Shown here: positions 37,243 through 46,485 of the stretch, one piece after another
Numbering within the stretch: the first letter of the stretch is position 1
Layout: every line of letters begins with the position of its first letter
Source of the DNA: Candidatus Parcubacteria bacterium
GTDB lineage: Bacteria; Patescibacteriota; Saccharimonadia; Saccharimonadales; UBA4665
Length of the DNA stretch: 64,000 bases
Assembly (NCBI GenBank): GCA_023434325.1
Contig: JAEYSX010000003.1
Location: 82,953 to 146,952, forward strand
Reading direction: 5' to 3'
Made by a program: the position numbers and the translations under genes
Notes under the pieces: model-generated
What the model saw: the letters and a program-made list of their open reading frames with translations, nothing else
Database searches by the model: none
What the model was told of the DNA's origin: nothing

Positions 37243-38610
37243 TTACGCATACAATTTTCCTTTGATGCTCGATATGGCGGCGCGTATGTCTGCATCCAGG
37301 CGGGACTCACGCTCGATCTTCTCGATAGAGTGGATGGCGGTGGTGTGGTCTTTGCGGCCTAGCTCTTTGGCGATTTTAGGAAAGCTTAGGTGGAGTTCGC
37401 TGCGCAACATGTACATCGCGACCTGTCGCGGTACCACAATGTCTTTGTCGCGTTTGGGGCCCATGATGTCCTCGATAGGGACCTGAAAGTGTCGCGCGGT
37501 TCGCTCGATGATTTGTCGGGCGCTAATGTGTTTGGGGCGAGATTGCGAGCTGCCAAGTAGGCTGGTGGCTATCGTGATGTTGGGTTCTAGGGCGCGCATT
37601 TCGCAGAAGGCGAGGAGCTGGTTAAGCGCACCCTCTAGTTCGCGGATGTTTGTCTGCACATTTGTTGCCAAATAATCGATAACATCGGCCGGCAGGCTAA
37701 CGCCGTGAGTTTCGGATTTGATTTGCAGAATCGCGCAGCGTGTCTCGAAGTCGGGTGTTTGCATGTCGATGCTCATGCCCCAGACAAAACGCGACCTCAG
37801 GCGTTCCTCGAGCGTTGTGATGTCGCGCGGCGGTTTATCGCTACTGATGATGATTTGCTTACTGGCTTGGTGTAGGGCGTTAAAGGTATGAAAGAACTCT
37901 TCTTGAACCTTTTCTTTTCCGGCGATAAACTGGACGTCGTCGACGATTAGGACATCGGCGCCGCGGTAAAAGTCGGCAAAGTCGGTATTCTTTTTGTAGC
38001 GTAGGGCGTCGACAAACTCCTGTAGGAACTGCTCGCTCGATACATAGACGACGCGGGCGCTGGGGTTGTTGGCCAGCACGGTGTTACCGACTGCCTGGAT
38101 AAGGTGGGTTTTGCCAATACCGACCCCGCCGTATAAAAAGAGCGGGTTGTATTTGGTGCCAGGATTGGCGGCTACTGCTTGGCAGGCGGCATACGCCAGT
38201 TCGTTGCCGGAGCCTACGATAAAGTTATCGAACGTGTACTTTTCGTTAAGCCCCTGGCGGTAGGTGTGGGTTAGGCCGGTTGCGACTTGAGGTTTGGGTG
38301 CTGGCTTTGTGGGCGCACCGGGAGTTGGGCGCAGCACAACGGTTTCTTCTTCTCGCGTTGGGGTGAGAGCAGAGTGGATCTTATACTCGACCCGTATTTG
38401 GCCGGCGCCGATTTTTTGCAGAGTCTCACTAATGAGGGCGTCGTACTTTTTTTCCATCTGGCTTTTGATGAAAACGTTCGGCACACCAATTACGATATGT
38501 TCATCGTCCTGGCGTAATAAACTAGTGTTCTTGAACCAGGTTATAAAGTTGCCGCGTGACACGGATAACTCTATTTCACCTAATACGGCTTGCCATAAAC
38601 TCGACTGCAT
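37243..38610 (-). CDS. dnaA: Chromosomal replication initiator DnaA
   Basis: YTFDNFIVG, YNPLFLYGGVGIGKTHL, DDVQF, QEEFFHTFN, RELEGAL, KDHTT; ATG 38610 follows a GA-rich SD-like stretch. Confidence 0.98.
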   Translation of the reverse strand: MQSSLWQAVLGEIELSVSRGNFITWFKNTSLLRQDDEHIVIGVPNVFIKSQMEKKYDALISETLQKIGAGQIRVEYKIHSALTPTREEETVVLRPTPGAPTKPAPKPQVATGLTHTYRQGLNEKYTFDNFIVGSGNELAYAACQAVAANPGTKYNPLFLYGGVGIGKTHLIQAVGNTVLANNPSARVVYVSSEQFLQEFVDALRYKKNTDFADFYRGADVLIVDDVQFIAGKEKVQEEFFHTFNALHQASKQIIISSDKPPRDITTLEERLRSRFVWGMSIDMQTPDFETRCAILQIKSETHGVSLPADVIDYLATNVQTNIRELEGALNQLLAFCEMRALEPNITIATSLLGSSQSRPKHISARQIIERTARHFQVPIEDIMGPKRDKDIVVPRQVAMYMLRSELHLSFPKIAKELGRKDHTTAIHSIEKIERESRLDADIRAAISSIKGKLYA

Positions 38611-38659
38611 ACCCTCTCTCACAGATTTATCTACCAACGACTATACGCCAGAACATGAG

Positions 38660-38775
38660 ACTTTTCCACATATTTTTACCATGAAAATAGATTGTCAAGG
38701 AATAGGGGTAATTTATGCACAAATACACGCCACATCTGTTAAACTGTGGACAAAGCTTGGATAAGTGTGGAAAAC
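38660..38775. promoter_or_regulatory. DnaA-box cluster upstream of dnaA (autoregulation or second half of a bipartite oriC)
   Basis: TTTTCCACA 38662, TTATGCACA 38713, TGTGGACAA 38745, TGTGGAAAA 38766. Confidence 0.8.
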
Positions 38776-38934
38776 CTGCTAAGATTAGAGGGTTAAATAT
38801 TGTCGAAATAACAAGCAAATAACGACAGAACGCCGACAAGTGTCCAAAATCTACGCAGGACAGGAGCCGGCAAGCGAACTACAAGAGGGGTTTACTCTTG
38901 TATAACTCCTGTCAATGTTGTAAAGTGAGAGCAT

Positions 38935-39072
38935 ATGCCAAAACGAACGCACCAACCAAAAAAGCGCCACCGCGCTAAAGAACACGGTTTCTTTAAGCGC
39001 ATGGCGACTCGTGCCGGACGCGCAATTTTGCGTCGCCGCCGCATCAAGGGTCGCAAAACCCTTACTATCTAA
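38935..39072 (+). CDS. rpmH: 50S ribosomal protein L34 (below the ORF-track cutoff)
   Basis: [45 protein letters not shown]; canonical position between dnaA and rnpA. Confidence 0.97.
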   Translation: MPKRTHQPKKRHRAKEHGFFKRMATRAGRAILRRRRIKGRKTLTI

Positions 39073-39096
39073 GTAGGGCGCATGTCCAGTAAGCAA

Positions 39097-39128
39097 GGCC
39101 AGGAATATCTATTTCCTGGCCGCTTTTT
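39097..39128 (+). terminator. Terminator-like hairpin after rpmH
   Basis: GGCCAGGAA/TTCCTGGCC stem followed by a T-tract. Confidence 0.6.
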
Positions 39129-39150
39129 ACCGTTTACACTATGTATCTAG

Positions 39151-39555
39151 ATGATTAGCAATACGCATCGGTTTCATGGCAGAAGTAGCCTCAGGTTTGT
39201 ACACCAACGCGGTCAAGTAGTTCGTGGTCAGTTGATTTCGCTGCGCTACGCCCGTAATAATCGCCAACTGGCGTACCGTGCGGCTATTGTTGTGAGCCGT
39301 AAAGTCAGCAAGTCCGCAGTAGTACGCAACCGTATTCGCCGCCGCTTGTACGAGATTGTGCGCAAGCATGCGGATAAAATTGTGCAGCCGTACGATATGG
39401 TCATTAGTGTGTATAGCGATGAGGTAGCGAATCTATCACATGCCAAGCTCGAAAAGACAGTCCTAGGCCAATTAACCAAAGCCGGTATCTTGAGCGGCGC
39501 CGCACAACCAGTGGTAAACCGTGATACAATAAGCCAAAAGGAGACAAACACATAA
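39151..39555 (+). CDS. rnpA: Ribonuclease P protein component
   Basis: VVSRKVSKSAVVRNRIRRRL (RNR motif). Confidence 0.95.
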   Translation: MISNTHRFHGRSSLRFVHQRGQVVRGQLISLRYARNNRQLAYRAAIVVSRKVSKSAVVRNRIRRRLYEIVRKHADKIVQPYDMVISVYSDEVANLSHAKLEKTVLGQLTKAGILSGAAQPVVNRDTISQKETNT

Positions 39556-40496
39556 TGGGTGATCTGTGGAACGCGCTAATTGTACAACCAATATTCAACC
39601 TGTTGGTGTTGATATACGGCTTGCTGCCAGGCCATAACTTTGGGTTGGCGATTATTCTGTTTACTATTATTGTCCGGCTCTTGATGTGGCCGCTGATTAA
39701 GAAGCAGCTACACCAGGTAAAGGTGATGCGCAAAATCCAGCCGGAGCTAAAGCGCATCAAAAAAGAGGCTGCCGGCGACCGCCGCAAAGAATCGCTTTTG
39801 ATGATGGAGCTGTACAAAGAGCGGGGGATTAATCCGTTCTCGACCATCGGTGTTTTGCTACTACAACTGCCTATTTTGATCGGTTTGTATGTTGGTTTAC
39901 AAAAGGTGTTGAACGATCCAAGCCAGATCGCGGCTTTTTCGTACTCATTTATCCAGAATTTGCCGTGGATTTCGTATATCTCTGATCACATCGACCAGTT
40001 TGATATTACGCTGTTTAGCATAGTCGATCTGACGCGAGCCGCTTTGGGTCCATCGGGCATCTACTGGCCGGCCATGCTGATTGTTATCGGTAGTGCTGTG
40101 GCTCAGTATTACCAGAGTAAACAGTTGGCGCCGGACGCCAAGGATTCCCGTCGCCTGCGCGATATCCTGCGTGATGCCAAAGAAGGCAAGCAAGCCGACC
40201 AGTCAGAGGTGAATGCTTCAATCAGCCGCAACATGCGCTTTTTGCTCCCTGGTATGATCTTTATCTTTACCGTTAATCTGCCATCCGCACTGGCTCTGTA
40301 TTGGTTGACAAGTGGTGTGGTTGCTATGGTCCAACAGGCAATTGCTTTGCGCGAAGATGTCGATGAGATGGAAGCGTCAGTGGACGGCAAGTCTGGCAAA
40401 AAAGCAGTTATCGAAGGCGAAGTTATCGAAAAATCGAAACCAGATCCAAATAGGCGCCGCAAGGGCAGTAAGGTTGCTAAGCGGAGGAAGAAGTAA
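39555..40496 (+). CDS. yidC: Membrane protein insertase YidC
   Basis: FGLAIILFTIIVRLL.WPL, IQPEL, ELYKERGINP, LPSALALYW. Confidence 0.95.
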   Translation: MGDLWNALIVQPIFNLLVLIYGLLPGHNFGLAIILFTIIVRLLMWPLIKKQLHQVKVMRKIQPELKRIKKEAAGDRRKESLLMMELYKERGINPFSTIGVLLLQLPILIGLYVGLQKVLNDPSQIAAFSYSFIQNLPWISYISDHIDQFDITLFSIVDLTRAALGPSGIYWPAMLIVIGSAVAQYYQSKQLAPDAKDSRRLRDILRDAKEGKQADQSEVNASISRNMRFLLPGMIFIFTVNLPSALALYWLTSGVVAMVQQAIALREDVDEMEASVDGKSGKKAVIEGEVIEKSKPDPNRRRKGSKVAKRRKK

Positions 40497-40951
40497 TGGA
40501 AGACGCTATCCTGTACGCCAAAAAGTACCTAGAGGATCTGCTGTCGTTCTTTGGGCTTAACACCGATGTGCATGCTACGAGCGAAGACGATGTTATTGAG
40601 CTGGAGGTTCCGTCAACTAACCTAAACGGATTTTTGATTGGGCAAAAGGGTGAAAACATGCGTGCAATGCAGTTTTTGGTTAGTAACGCCCTCAAGAATC
40701 AGGGTTTTGAGTACACCCGGGTGAACATCGATGTTGCTGAATATAAAAAGCAGCGCGCCCAGCGCTTGGCGAAAACTGCCGAAGATTGGATTAAGCAAGT
40801 CAAAGAATCTGGTGAACCTATGGCGCTTAAGCCCATGAATGCTGCCGATCGTCGCACGATCCATAAAGTGGCAGCCGAGTGGGGTTTGGCTAGCGAGTCG
40901 GCTGGCGAGGGCCGAGAACGCCACGTCGTGCTCAAGCCAGCACAAGACTAA
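40496..40951 (+). CDS. jag: Jag/EloR/KhpB RNA-binding protein (KH + R3H, short form)
   Basis: LIGQKGE KH motif; PMNAADRRTIH R3H motif; SAGEGRERHV. Confidence 0.9.
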   Translation: MEDAILYAKKYLEDLLSFFGLNTDVHATSEDDVIELEVPSTNLNGFLIGQKGENMRAMQFLVSNALKNQGFEYTRVNIDVAEYKKQRAQRLAKTAEDWIKQVKESGEPMALKPMNAADRRTIHKVAAEWGLASESAGEGRERHVVLKPAQD

Positions 40952-42057
40952 TCCGCTAGAAGTGATCTGTACACCGCAGCGTTTGCCTTCGTAAACTTGT
41001 CCCAAGAATACTTTTTGACTTGCTGGATTCCCTTGCGGGCGAGTCGTTTGCGCAAGCCGTCATCAGCCAGAACAGAAATTATTTTTTGTGCTATGTCACG
41101 TGCGTCATGCGGGTCAAAATACAATGCCCCCTCTCCGTAGACTTCCGGCATCACGCTGGTGTTCGAGGATAGTACTGGCGTGCCGCTGTCCATAGCCTCG
41201 AGTGGGGTTAGTCCTATTCCTTCCATGAGTGTCGGCGTCACGTATAGTTTTGCGTTTTCGAATACCCACCTAGACTCCGGGTCTGGTAAAAAGCCCGTAA
41301 AGATTATGTTCTTGGCAGACGGGTGTTTTTTTGCCTCTTCTGCTAGTTCTAGGTAGTGTTTTTCTGTTTTGCCCACAAAGACCAGGTTTAGGCCGGGGTA
41401 GTGTTCGTGGACGGTATCAAAAGCCTCGATAAGTTTGGGGAGGTTCTTGTGTGGGAACGCTGTACCTTGGTACATGATGTACTCGCCAAGCTCTAGTTTG
41501 GGTTTTTTGGGTCTGATATTGCCTGCGACGCCGGGGGCTTGATAGGCGACAACGAGCTTCTTTTTGGCAAAAGGGTGCAGTCGGGCTATTTCGTCAGCAG
41601 TTTTATTAGCAAATGTGATGATTTTTTTAGATTTGCGGTGTCCCCACCAAAGTAAAAACCTATACAGGCGCATTTTTAGCCAATATACGATAGCGGGCGT
41701 ATTGCCTCGTCGTACATGGTAGAGCATAGTCAGGTCGTGAGTATAGGTCACAATATTACCAAAGTAGAGAAGTGGCTGCTGTGTCATGCCAAAATGCACC
41801 AAATCCGGCCTGAGTCGATATAACTTCCAGGCAAATTGCAGCTCGTGCAAGAGATTAATAGAAAATTGCGGAAAAGGGCAGGGCAGAGTTTTAAAGTTGG
41901 GGGAGTGCATTTGCCAGTCGTCGTCGGGTTGAACCAGAATAGTATATTGATTGTCGTGATCGATATCTTGTAGATGTTTTACTAATTCGTCAATTGGGCG
42001 TCCGGTGCTGCTACGGCGAATCCGGGCGTCTATAACAATGTGTTTACGGCTCTGCAT
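40948..42057 (-). CDS. GT4 family glycosyltransferase
   Basis: HDL, PHKNL, EGIGLTPLEAM. Confidence 0.9.
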   Translation of the reverse strand: MQSRKHIVIDARIRRSSTGRPIDELVKHLQDIDHDNQYTILVQPDDDWQMHSPNFKTLPCPFPQFSINLLHELQFAWKLYRLRPDLVHFGMTQQPLLYFGNIVTYTHDLTMLYHVRRGNTPAIVYWLKMRLYRFLLWWGHRKSKKIITFANKTADEIARLHPFAKKKLVVAYQAPGVAGNIRPKKPKLELGEYIMYQGTAFPHKNLPKLIEAFDTVHEHYPGLNLVFVGKTEKHYLELAEEAKKHPSAKNIIFTGFLPDPESRWVFENAKLYVTPTLMEGIGLTPLEAMDSGTPVLSSNTSVMPEVYGEGALYFDPHDARDIAQKIISVLADDGLRKRLARKGIQQVKKYSWDKFTKANAAVYRSLLAD

Positions 42058-42079
42058 ATTTTTTCATTATACTGTATAC

Positions 42080-43402
42080 ATGCACATACTCCGGCGTATT
42101 CCGTACTATGGGTTTTTAGCGCTGCTCGCGTACATGCCGTTTCATGTCTTCTTGTCGCAGTCGCTGAGTTTGGCGACAGGTGGGCTAGAAGCGTGGAAGA
42201 TCGCTAAAGATATCATTTTGTTTGGCCTCGTCTTGTTCACAATTTGTTTGGTTTTCGTGAAACGTGAGGGCGGGAGACTGTTTTATGTTTTGCTGGGTGG
42301 CGCCGGTTTGTATGGTCTTGTGCATCTGGCGATGTGGGCTTTGAATAGCAATCTCTATGCCGACAGCGCCATACTAGGCATCGCGTACAATAACCGACTT
42401 ATGTGCTTTTTGCTACTTGGGTACGGAGCCGCGCTACTAAACCGAGACAAGTTCGTTTTTAGTTCGCTGATACGGCTTGTTCTTGTTTTGTCTACTGCCG
42501 TGGCGTTCTTGGGTGTTGTGCAGTATTTTTTGCCCAAGGACATACTTTCGCACTTAGGGTACAGTTTGGACCGTGGCGTTCGGCCCGCTTTCTTTATCGA
42601 TGACCATCCAGATCTGCCGCGTATTATGTCTACATTACGCGAACCGAACGCGCTTGCAGCGTATTTGGTGCTGCCGCTTGCAGCGCTCACTGCCCTGTTG
42701 ATGAAGGTTCGCCAGGTGTTATCGCGATTGCTGCTGGGGGTTTCGTGGCTGGTGCACGGCGCTGCGCTGTTTCTCACTCAATCGCGTAGTGGGTGGCTTG
42801 CGGCATTGTTGGCTATAGCCATCGTACTGTGGTATTCGTTTGGTTCGGCGGCACTGCGGACTATGCGGCGGTTGTGGCCGGTGTTACTGGCGGTTTTGTT
42901 GTTGGGTGTGGTGTCCATATGGCAGCTCAGGGACACGGCATTTGTCGAAAACTACATTGTCCACACAAGCGAAGCCGCAACCGGAGAGTATAGCTCCACA
43001 GAGCTCCATTACATTTTGGCCCGAGAGGGCGCCGAAATCGTGCTGGAGCGCCCCATTGGTCACGGCCCAGGAACGGCTGGCTTAGTCTCGATTCACAATC
43101 CTCTCAGCTCGAGATTGACCGAGAACTATTACATACAAATTGCGTACGAAGTGGGGGTATTCGGACTTCTGGTATTTATCGCCATTCAGGTGGTGGTGTA
43201 CGTGCGATTGCATCGCCGAGGTGATATGTTCGGACATATCATGATAGCCGCATTTTGGGGGTATGTGGTTACCAATATGCTGCTGCACACCTGGAGTAAC
43301 GAGGCTGTCGCGGCTCAGTGGTGGTTGTTGGCCGGTGTAGCGCTTGCCGGGACGTTAGGCGCGCGGGCCACGCCCGATAAGACGGTGCCAGACAGATCGT
43401 AG
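42080..43402 (+). CDS. O-antigen ligase (WaaL/Wzy_C)-like membrane protein
   Basis: About 12 TM helices; STLREPN, LTQSRSGWL, PIGHGPG, ENYYIQIAYEVG. Confidence 0.85.
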   Translation: MHILRRIPYYGFLALLAYMPFHVFLSQSLSLATGGLEAWKIAKDIILFGLVLFTICLVFVKREGGRLFYVLLGGAGLYGLVHLAMWALNSNLYADSAILGIAYNNRLMCFLLLGYGAALLNRDKFVFSSLIRLVLVLSTAVAFLGVVQYFLPKDILSHLGYSLDRGVRPAFFIDDHPDLPRIMSTLREPNALAAYLVLPLAALTALLMKVRQVLSRLLLGVSWLVHGAALFLTQSRSGWLAALLAIAIVLWYSFGSAALRTMRRLWPVLLAVLLLGVVSIWQLRDTAFVENYIVHTSEAATGEYSSTELHYILAREGAEIVLERPIGHGPGTAGLVSIHNPLSSRLTENYYIQIAYEVGVFGLLVFIAIQVVVYVRLHRRGDMFGHIMIAAFWGYVVTNMLLHTWSNEAVAAQWWLLAGVALAGTLGARATPDKTVPDRS

Positions 43403-44404
43403 TTTTTTAAGCTTGCGCGCATTTGGCGGCAGATCGTGCAGGAATAGGCTCGAAATATAATCGATGCTGACCTTGCGGTTTTTTTGGATTCTTCGGCGTT
43501 CCACAGTCTTTCCGGGCAGCAATAAGATACATTTTCCGAGACCGCGGAGTGCCGCCATGCCGTGACGATGAGTGATAAACGCGTTAACCAAGAATATAGT
43601 GTAAGCCAGGGCAAACCGAGGCAGAACATGCCAAAACAGGCGGCCGGGTACGTCCTTGACGAGCACGAGCGGCAGGTTTTTCATGTATTGCCGAGTTGTA
43701 AAGCCGTTGCCGATTCGATTGCTGGTCTTGCCCTGCGCATGGTAGACGACCGACTCGGGGACAAAGGCTACTTTCCATCCTGCCAGCTGTGATCTGAAGC
43801 TTAAATCTATATCTTCGTAGTACGCAAAAAAGTCCTGGTCGAATAGACCTACTTCTCGGAGCATCTGCACCCGATACAGACTGGCGCCGCCCGATGCGCC
43901 AAAGATGTCGGTTTGGTCGTCGTATTGCGAGCCGGCCGGCTCGTCACGCCCGCGAGGGTATGGGAGTCCCCATGTGGTATAGAGGTCGCCGGTGCTGTCG
44001 ATTGTTTTGCCGTCGGCGTGGAGCATTTTACACGCGGCAGTGCCGTATGTAGGATTTTTTTCCAGAAACGTCACCAGGTGTTTTAGCCAATCTTTATGTG
44101 GCTGGGCGTCGTTGTTGCAGCCTGCAACATAGGCTGCCTGCTCGTCGATTGCCAATTGCAACCCCGGGTTCATGCCGCCAGTGTACCCGTAGTTTTTGTC
44201 TTGATATATGGCGCGAACACGGGGGTCGCGCGCCCGGTACTTTTCGATTACCTCGCGTGAATTATCGACCGATCCATTGTCTACGATAATCAGGGTGAGG
44301 TTTGTGTATGACTGTTTTAGTACCGCCTCGATCGCCAGCGGCAGATCCTCGGCGCCGTTAAAGTTAGGGATTACCACGAAGGTAGACGGTAGTTTTGTTT
44401 CCAT
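43355..44404 (-). CDS. GT2 family glycosyltransferase (WbbL-like)
   Basis: VVIPNFNG, VDNGS.D, NYGY, NND, FDQDFFAYYEDIDL. Confidence 0.9.
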   Translation of the reverse strand: METKLPSTFVVIPNFNGAEDLPLAIEAVLKQSYTNLTLIIVDNGSVDNSREVIEKYRARDPRVRAIYQDKNYGYTGGMNPGLQLAIDEQAAYVAGCNNDAQPHKDWLKHLVTFLEKNPTYGTAACKMLHADGKTIDSTGDLYTTWGLPYPRGRDEPAGSQYDDQTDIFGASGGASLYRVQMLREVGLFDQDFFAYYEDIDLSFRSQLAGWKVAFVPESVVYHAQGKTSNRIGNGFTTRQYMKNLPLVLVKDVPGRLFWHVLPRFALAYTIFLVNAFITHRHGMAALRGLGKCILLLPGKTVERRRIQKNRKVSIDYISSLFLHDLPPNARKLKKLRSVWHRLIGRGPRA

Positions 44405-44439
44405 ATGATGCATCTTATCCTATAATAAGCATTAAGCCT

Positions 44440-45243
44440 ATGGTACTAAAGAAGATTCTTAGCAAGCAGAATCGCGCATTGTTGCGCGAGCTGGTCATAA
44501 CTGACTTTAAATTACGATACCAGGGTTCCGTGTTAGGGTACGCGTGGTCACTGTTAAAGCCGTTGCTGATGTTCGCCATCCTGTATGTGGTGTTCGTAAA
44601 ATTTCTAAAAATCGGTGCCGGGATCCCGCACTACCCTATTTATCTGTTGCTCGGTATTGTGCTTTGGGGCTTTTTTACAGAGATGACCGGCCAAAGCCTC
44701 GGGTCTATCGTCGGCCGCGAAGCGCTTATCCGTAAAATTCGCATTCCTCGCTGGATCATCGTGATTTCGGCAAGCGTGTCGGCGCTTATCAATCTTTCGC
44801 TCAACCTGATTGTCGTTGCTGTCTTTTTGGTGATAAATCAGGTAGAGCTGACTTGGTCGGCGCTCTTGTTGCCGCTGACATTGGTTGAGATATATGTGTT
44901 TGCGCTTGGGTTGTCGTTCTTTTTGGCGGCGGCGTTTGTAAAATTCCGCGACCTAAGTAATATCTGGGATATCATTGTACAGGCCGGTTTTTACCTGACG
45001 CCTATCCTATACCCGCTCTCGATGATCCCGAACGACTTTTTCCAAAAGTTGCTTTTGATGAACCCTATGGCGCAAGCGATTCAGGATGCGCGGCATAACG
45101 TAGTGGTACAGGACACGGTGACAACGTGGTCGCTCGTTTCTGGCTGGAAGGCATTTATCCCTTTGGTGATTGTCGCTGCTACGGTCGCCGTTGGCGTACT
45201 GTACTTTAAAAAACATTCCACTAGCTTTGCGGAGAATTTATAG
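44440..45243 (+). CDS. wzm: Polysaccharide ABC exporter permease Wzm
   Basis: FKLRYQGSVLGYAWSLLKPL, FRDL, TPILYP, NPM. Confidence 0.93.
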   Translation: MVLKKILSKQNRALLRELVITDFKLRYQGSVLGYAWSLLKPLLMFAILYVVFVKFLKIGAGIPHYPIYLLLGIVLWGFFTEMTGQSLGSIVGREALIRKIRIPRWIIVISASVSALINLSLNLIVVAVFLVINQVELTWSALLLPLTLVEIYVFALGLSFFLAAAFVKFRDLSNIWDIIVQAGFYLTPILYPLSMIPNDFFQKLLLMNPMAQAIQDARHNVVVQDTVTTWSLVSGWKAFIPLVIVAATVAVGVLYFKKHSTSFAENL

Positions 45244-46458
45244 ATGAGCGACAATGTAGCGATTAGGGTTAGCGGCGTATCCAAGTCATTTAAGTTGCCG
45301 CACGAGAACGTCAGTAGTATAAAGGGCGCTCTTATTGGCTTCTGGAAACGTAATCGTGGTTACGAAACACAGCACGTCCTCAAGGACATATCATTCGAGA
45401 TTAAAAAGGGCGAATTTTTTGGTATAGTCGGTCGTAACGGATCAGGTAAATCAACCCTTCTCAAGCTTATCTCGCAAATATATTCACCTGACGAGGGCCA
45501 TATTCAGGTTAACGGCAAGTTAACTCCCTTTATTGAACTGGGTGTTGGTTTCAATCCTGAATTGACGGGTCGCGACAACGTCTACCTCAATGGCGCATTA
45601 CTCGGCTTTGACCGCAAAGAAATGGACGCAATGTACAACGAAATAGTCGAGTTTGCCGAGCTGGAGCGTTTTATGGATCAAAAACTCAAGAACTATAGCT
45701 CCGGGATGCAGGTGCGTCTAGCCTTCTCTATCGCAATTCGTGCGAATATGGACATTCTTGTTCTCGACGAAGTATTGGCTGTAGGGGACGATGCGTTTCA
45801 GAAGAAATGTTTTGATTACTTTGCCAAGATCAAAAAAGATAAGAAGACGGTTGTTCTTGTGACCCACGATATGAACGCTGTGGAAAAATTCTGTACACGA
45901 GCCCTCCTGCTGAGCAGCGGTGAGATTAAGACAATCGGGTCACCGCCAAAAGTTGCGGCAAGTTACATCATGGAGAATGTGGCTGCAAGGTTTAAGGTCG
46001 GAGGCTCGCCTGTCCTTGATAATGGAGTGAAGATAACCGACCTAAGGGTTCTAAGGGCCGAGAAGCAGGACAGTCGGTTCAAGTTGGACGACACTATTAG
46101 TGTAGTGATAGATTATGAGGCATCGCGCGAGCAAGACGTAGAAATAGCCACCTCATTCCGTAAGGCCGACGATACGTTGCTAGCAGGCATAGGATCGCGA
46201 CATGAACTGGGGGTTATTACTCTCGAGAAGGGCAGGAGTTCAATAGTCTGCGACATTCCGGCAGTACAGTTCGTAAAAGATAATTACCAGGTCAATGCGT
46301 CCATATGGAATGCTGATAACGGTAGACTCCTTGATTATCGCGATTCTACGCTTGGGTCTACTGTGCCAGTGATACACATTGTGGATTCCATGCCGTCACG
46401 TAGCGGAGTGTTTAGCCTGAATGGGACATGGCATAAGCCAAAAAAAAGAGCTAAATAG
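45244..46458 (+). CDS. wzt: Polysaccharide ABC exporter ATPase Wzt with a C-terminal carbohydrate-binding domain
   Basis: GRNGSGKST, YSSGMQVRLAF, LDEVLAVGD, plus a ~150-aa C-terminal extension. Confidence 0.93.
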   Translation: MSDNVAIRVSGVSKSFKLPHENVSSIKGALIGFWKRNRGYETQHVLKDISFEIKKGEFFGIVGRNGSGKSTLLKLISQIYSPDEGHIQVNGKLTPFIELGVGFNPELTGRDNVYLNGALLGFDRKEMDAMYNEIVEFAELERFMDQKLKNYSSGMQVRLAFSIAIRANMDILVLDEVLAVGDDAFQKKCFDYFAKIKKDKKTVVLVTHDMNAVEKFCTRALLLSSGEIKTIGSPPKVAASYIMENVAARFKVGGSPVLDNGVKITDLRVLRAEKQDSRFKLDDTISVVIDYEASREQDVEIATSFRKADDTLLAGIGSRHELGVITLEKGRSSIVCDIPAVQFVKDNYQVNASIWNADNGRLLDYRDSTLGSTVPVIHIVDSMPSRSGVFSLNGTWHKPKKRAK

Positions 46459-46485
46459 TACTAGGTAAGTGGAGCGAGGTCGCCT

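Noticed and set aside
36969..37486. ORFs 36969-37310 (-), 37004-37486 (+) and 37084-37362 (+)
   Set aside because: They overlap oriC and the dnaA 3' end and have no protein-like features.
38851..39096. 81-aa minus-strand ORF
   Set aside because: Antisense shadow of rpmH.
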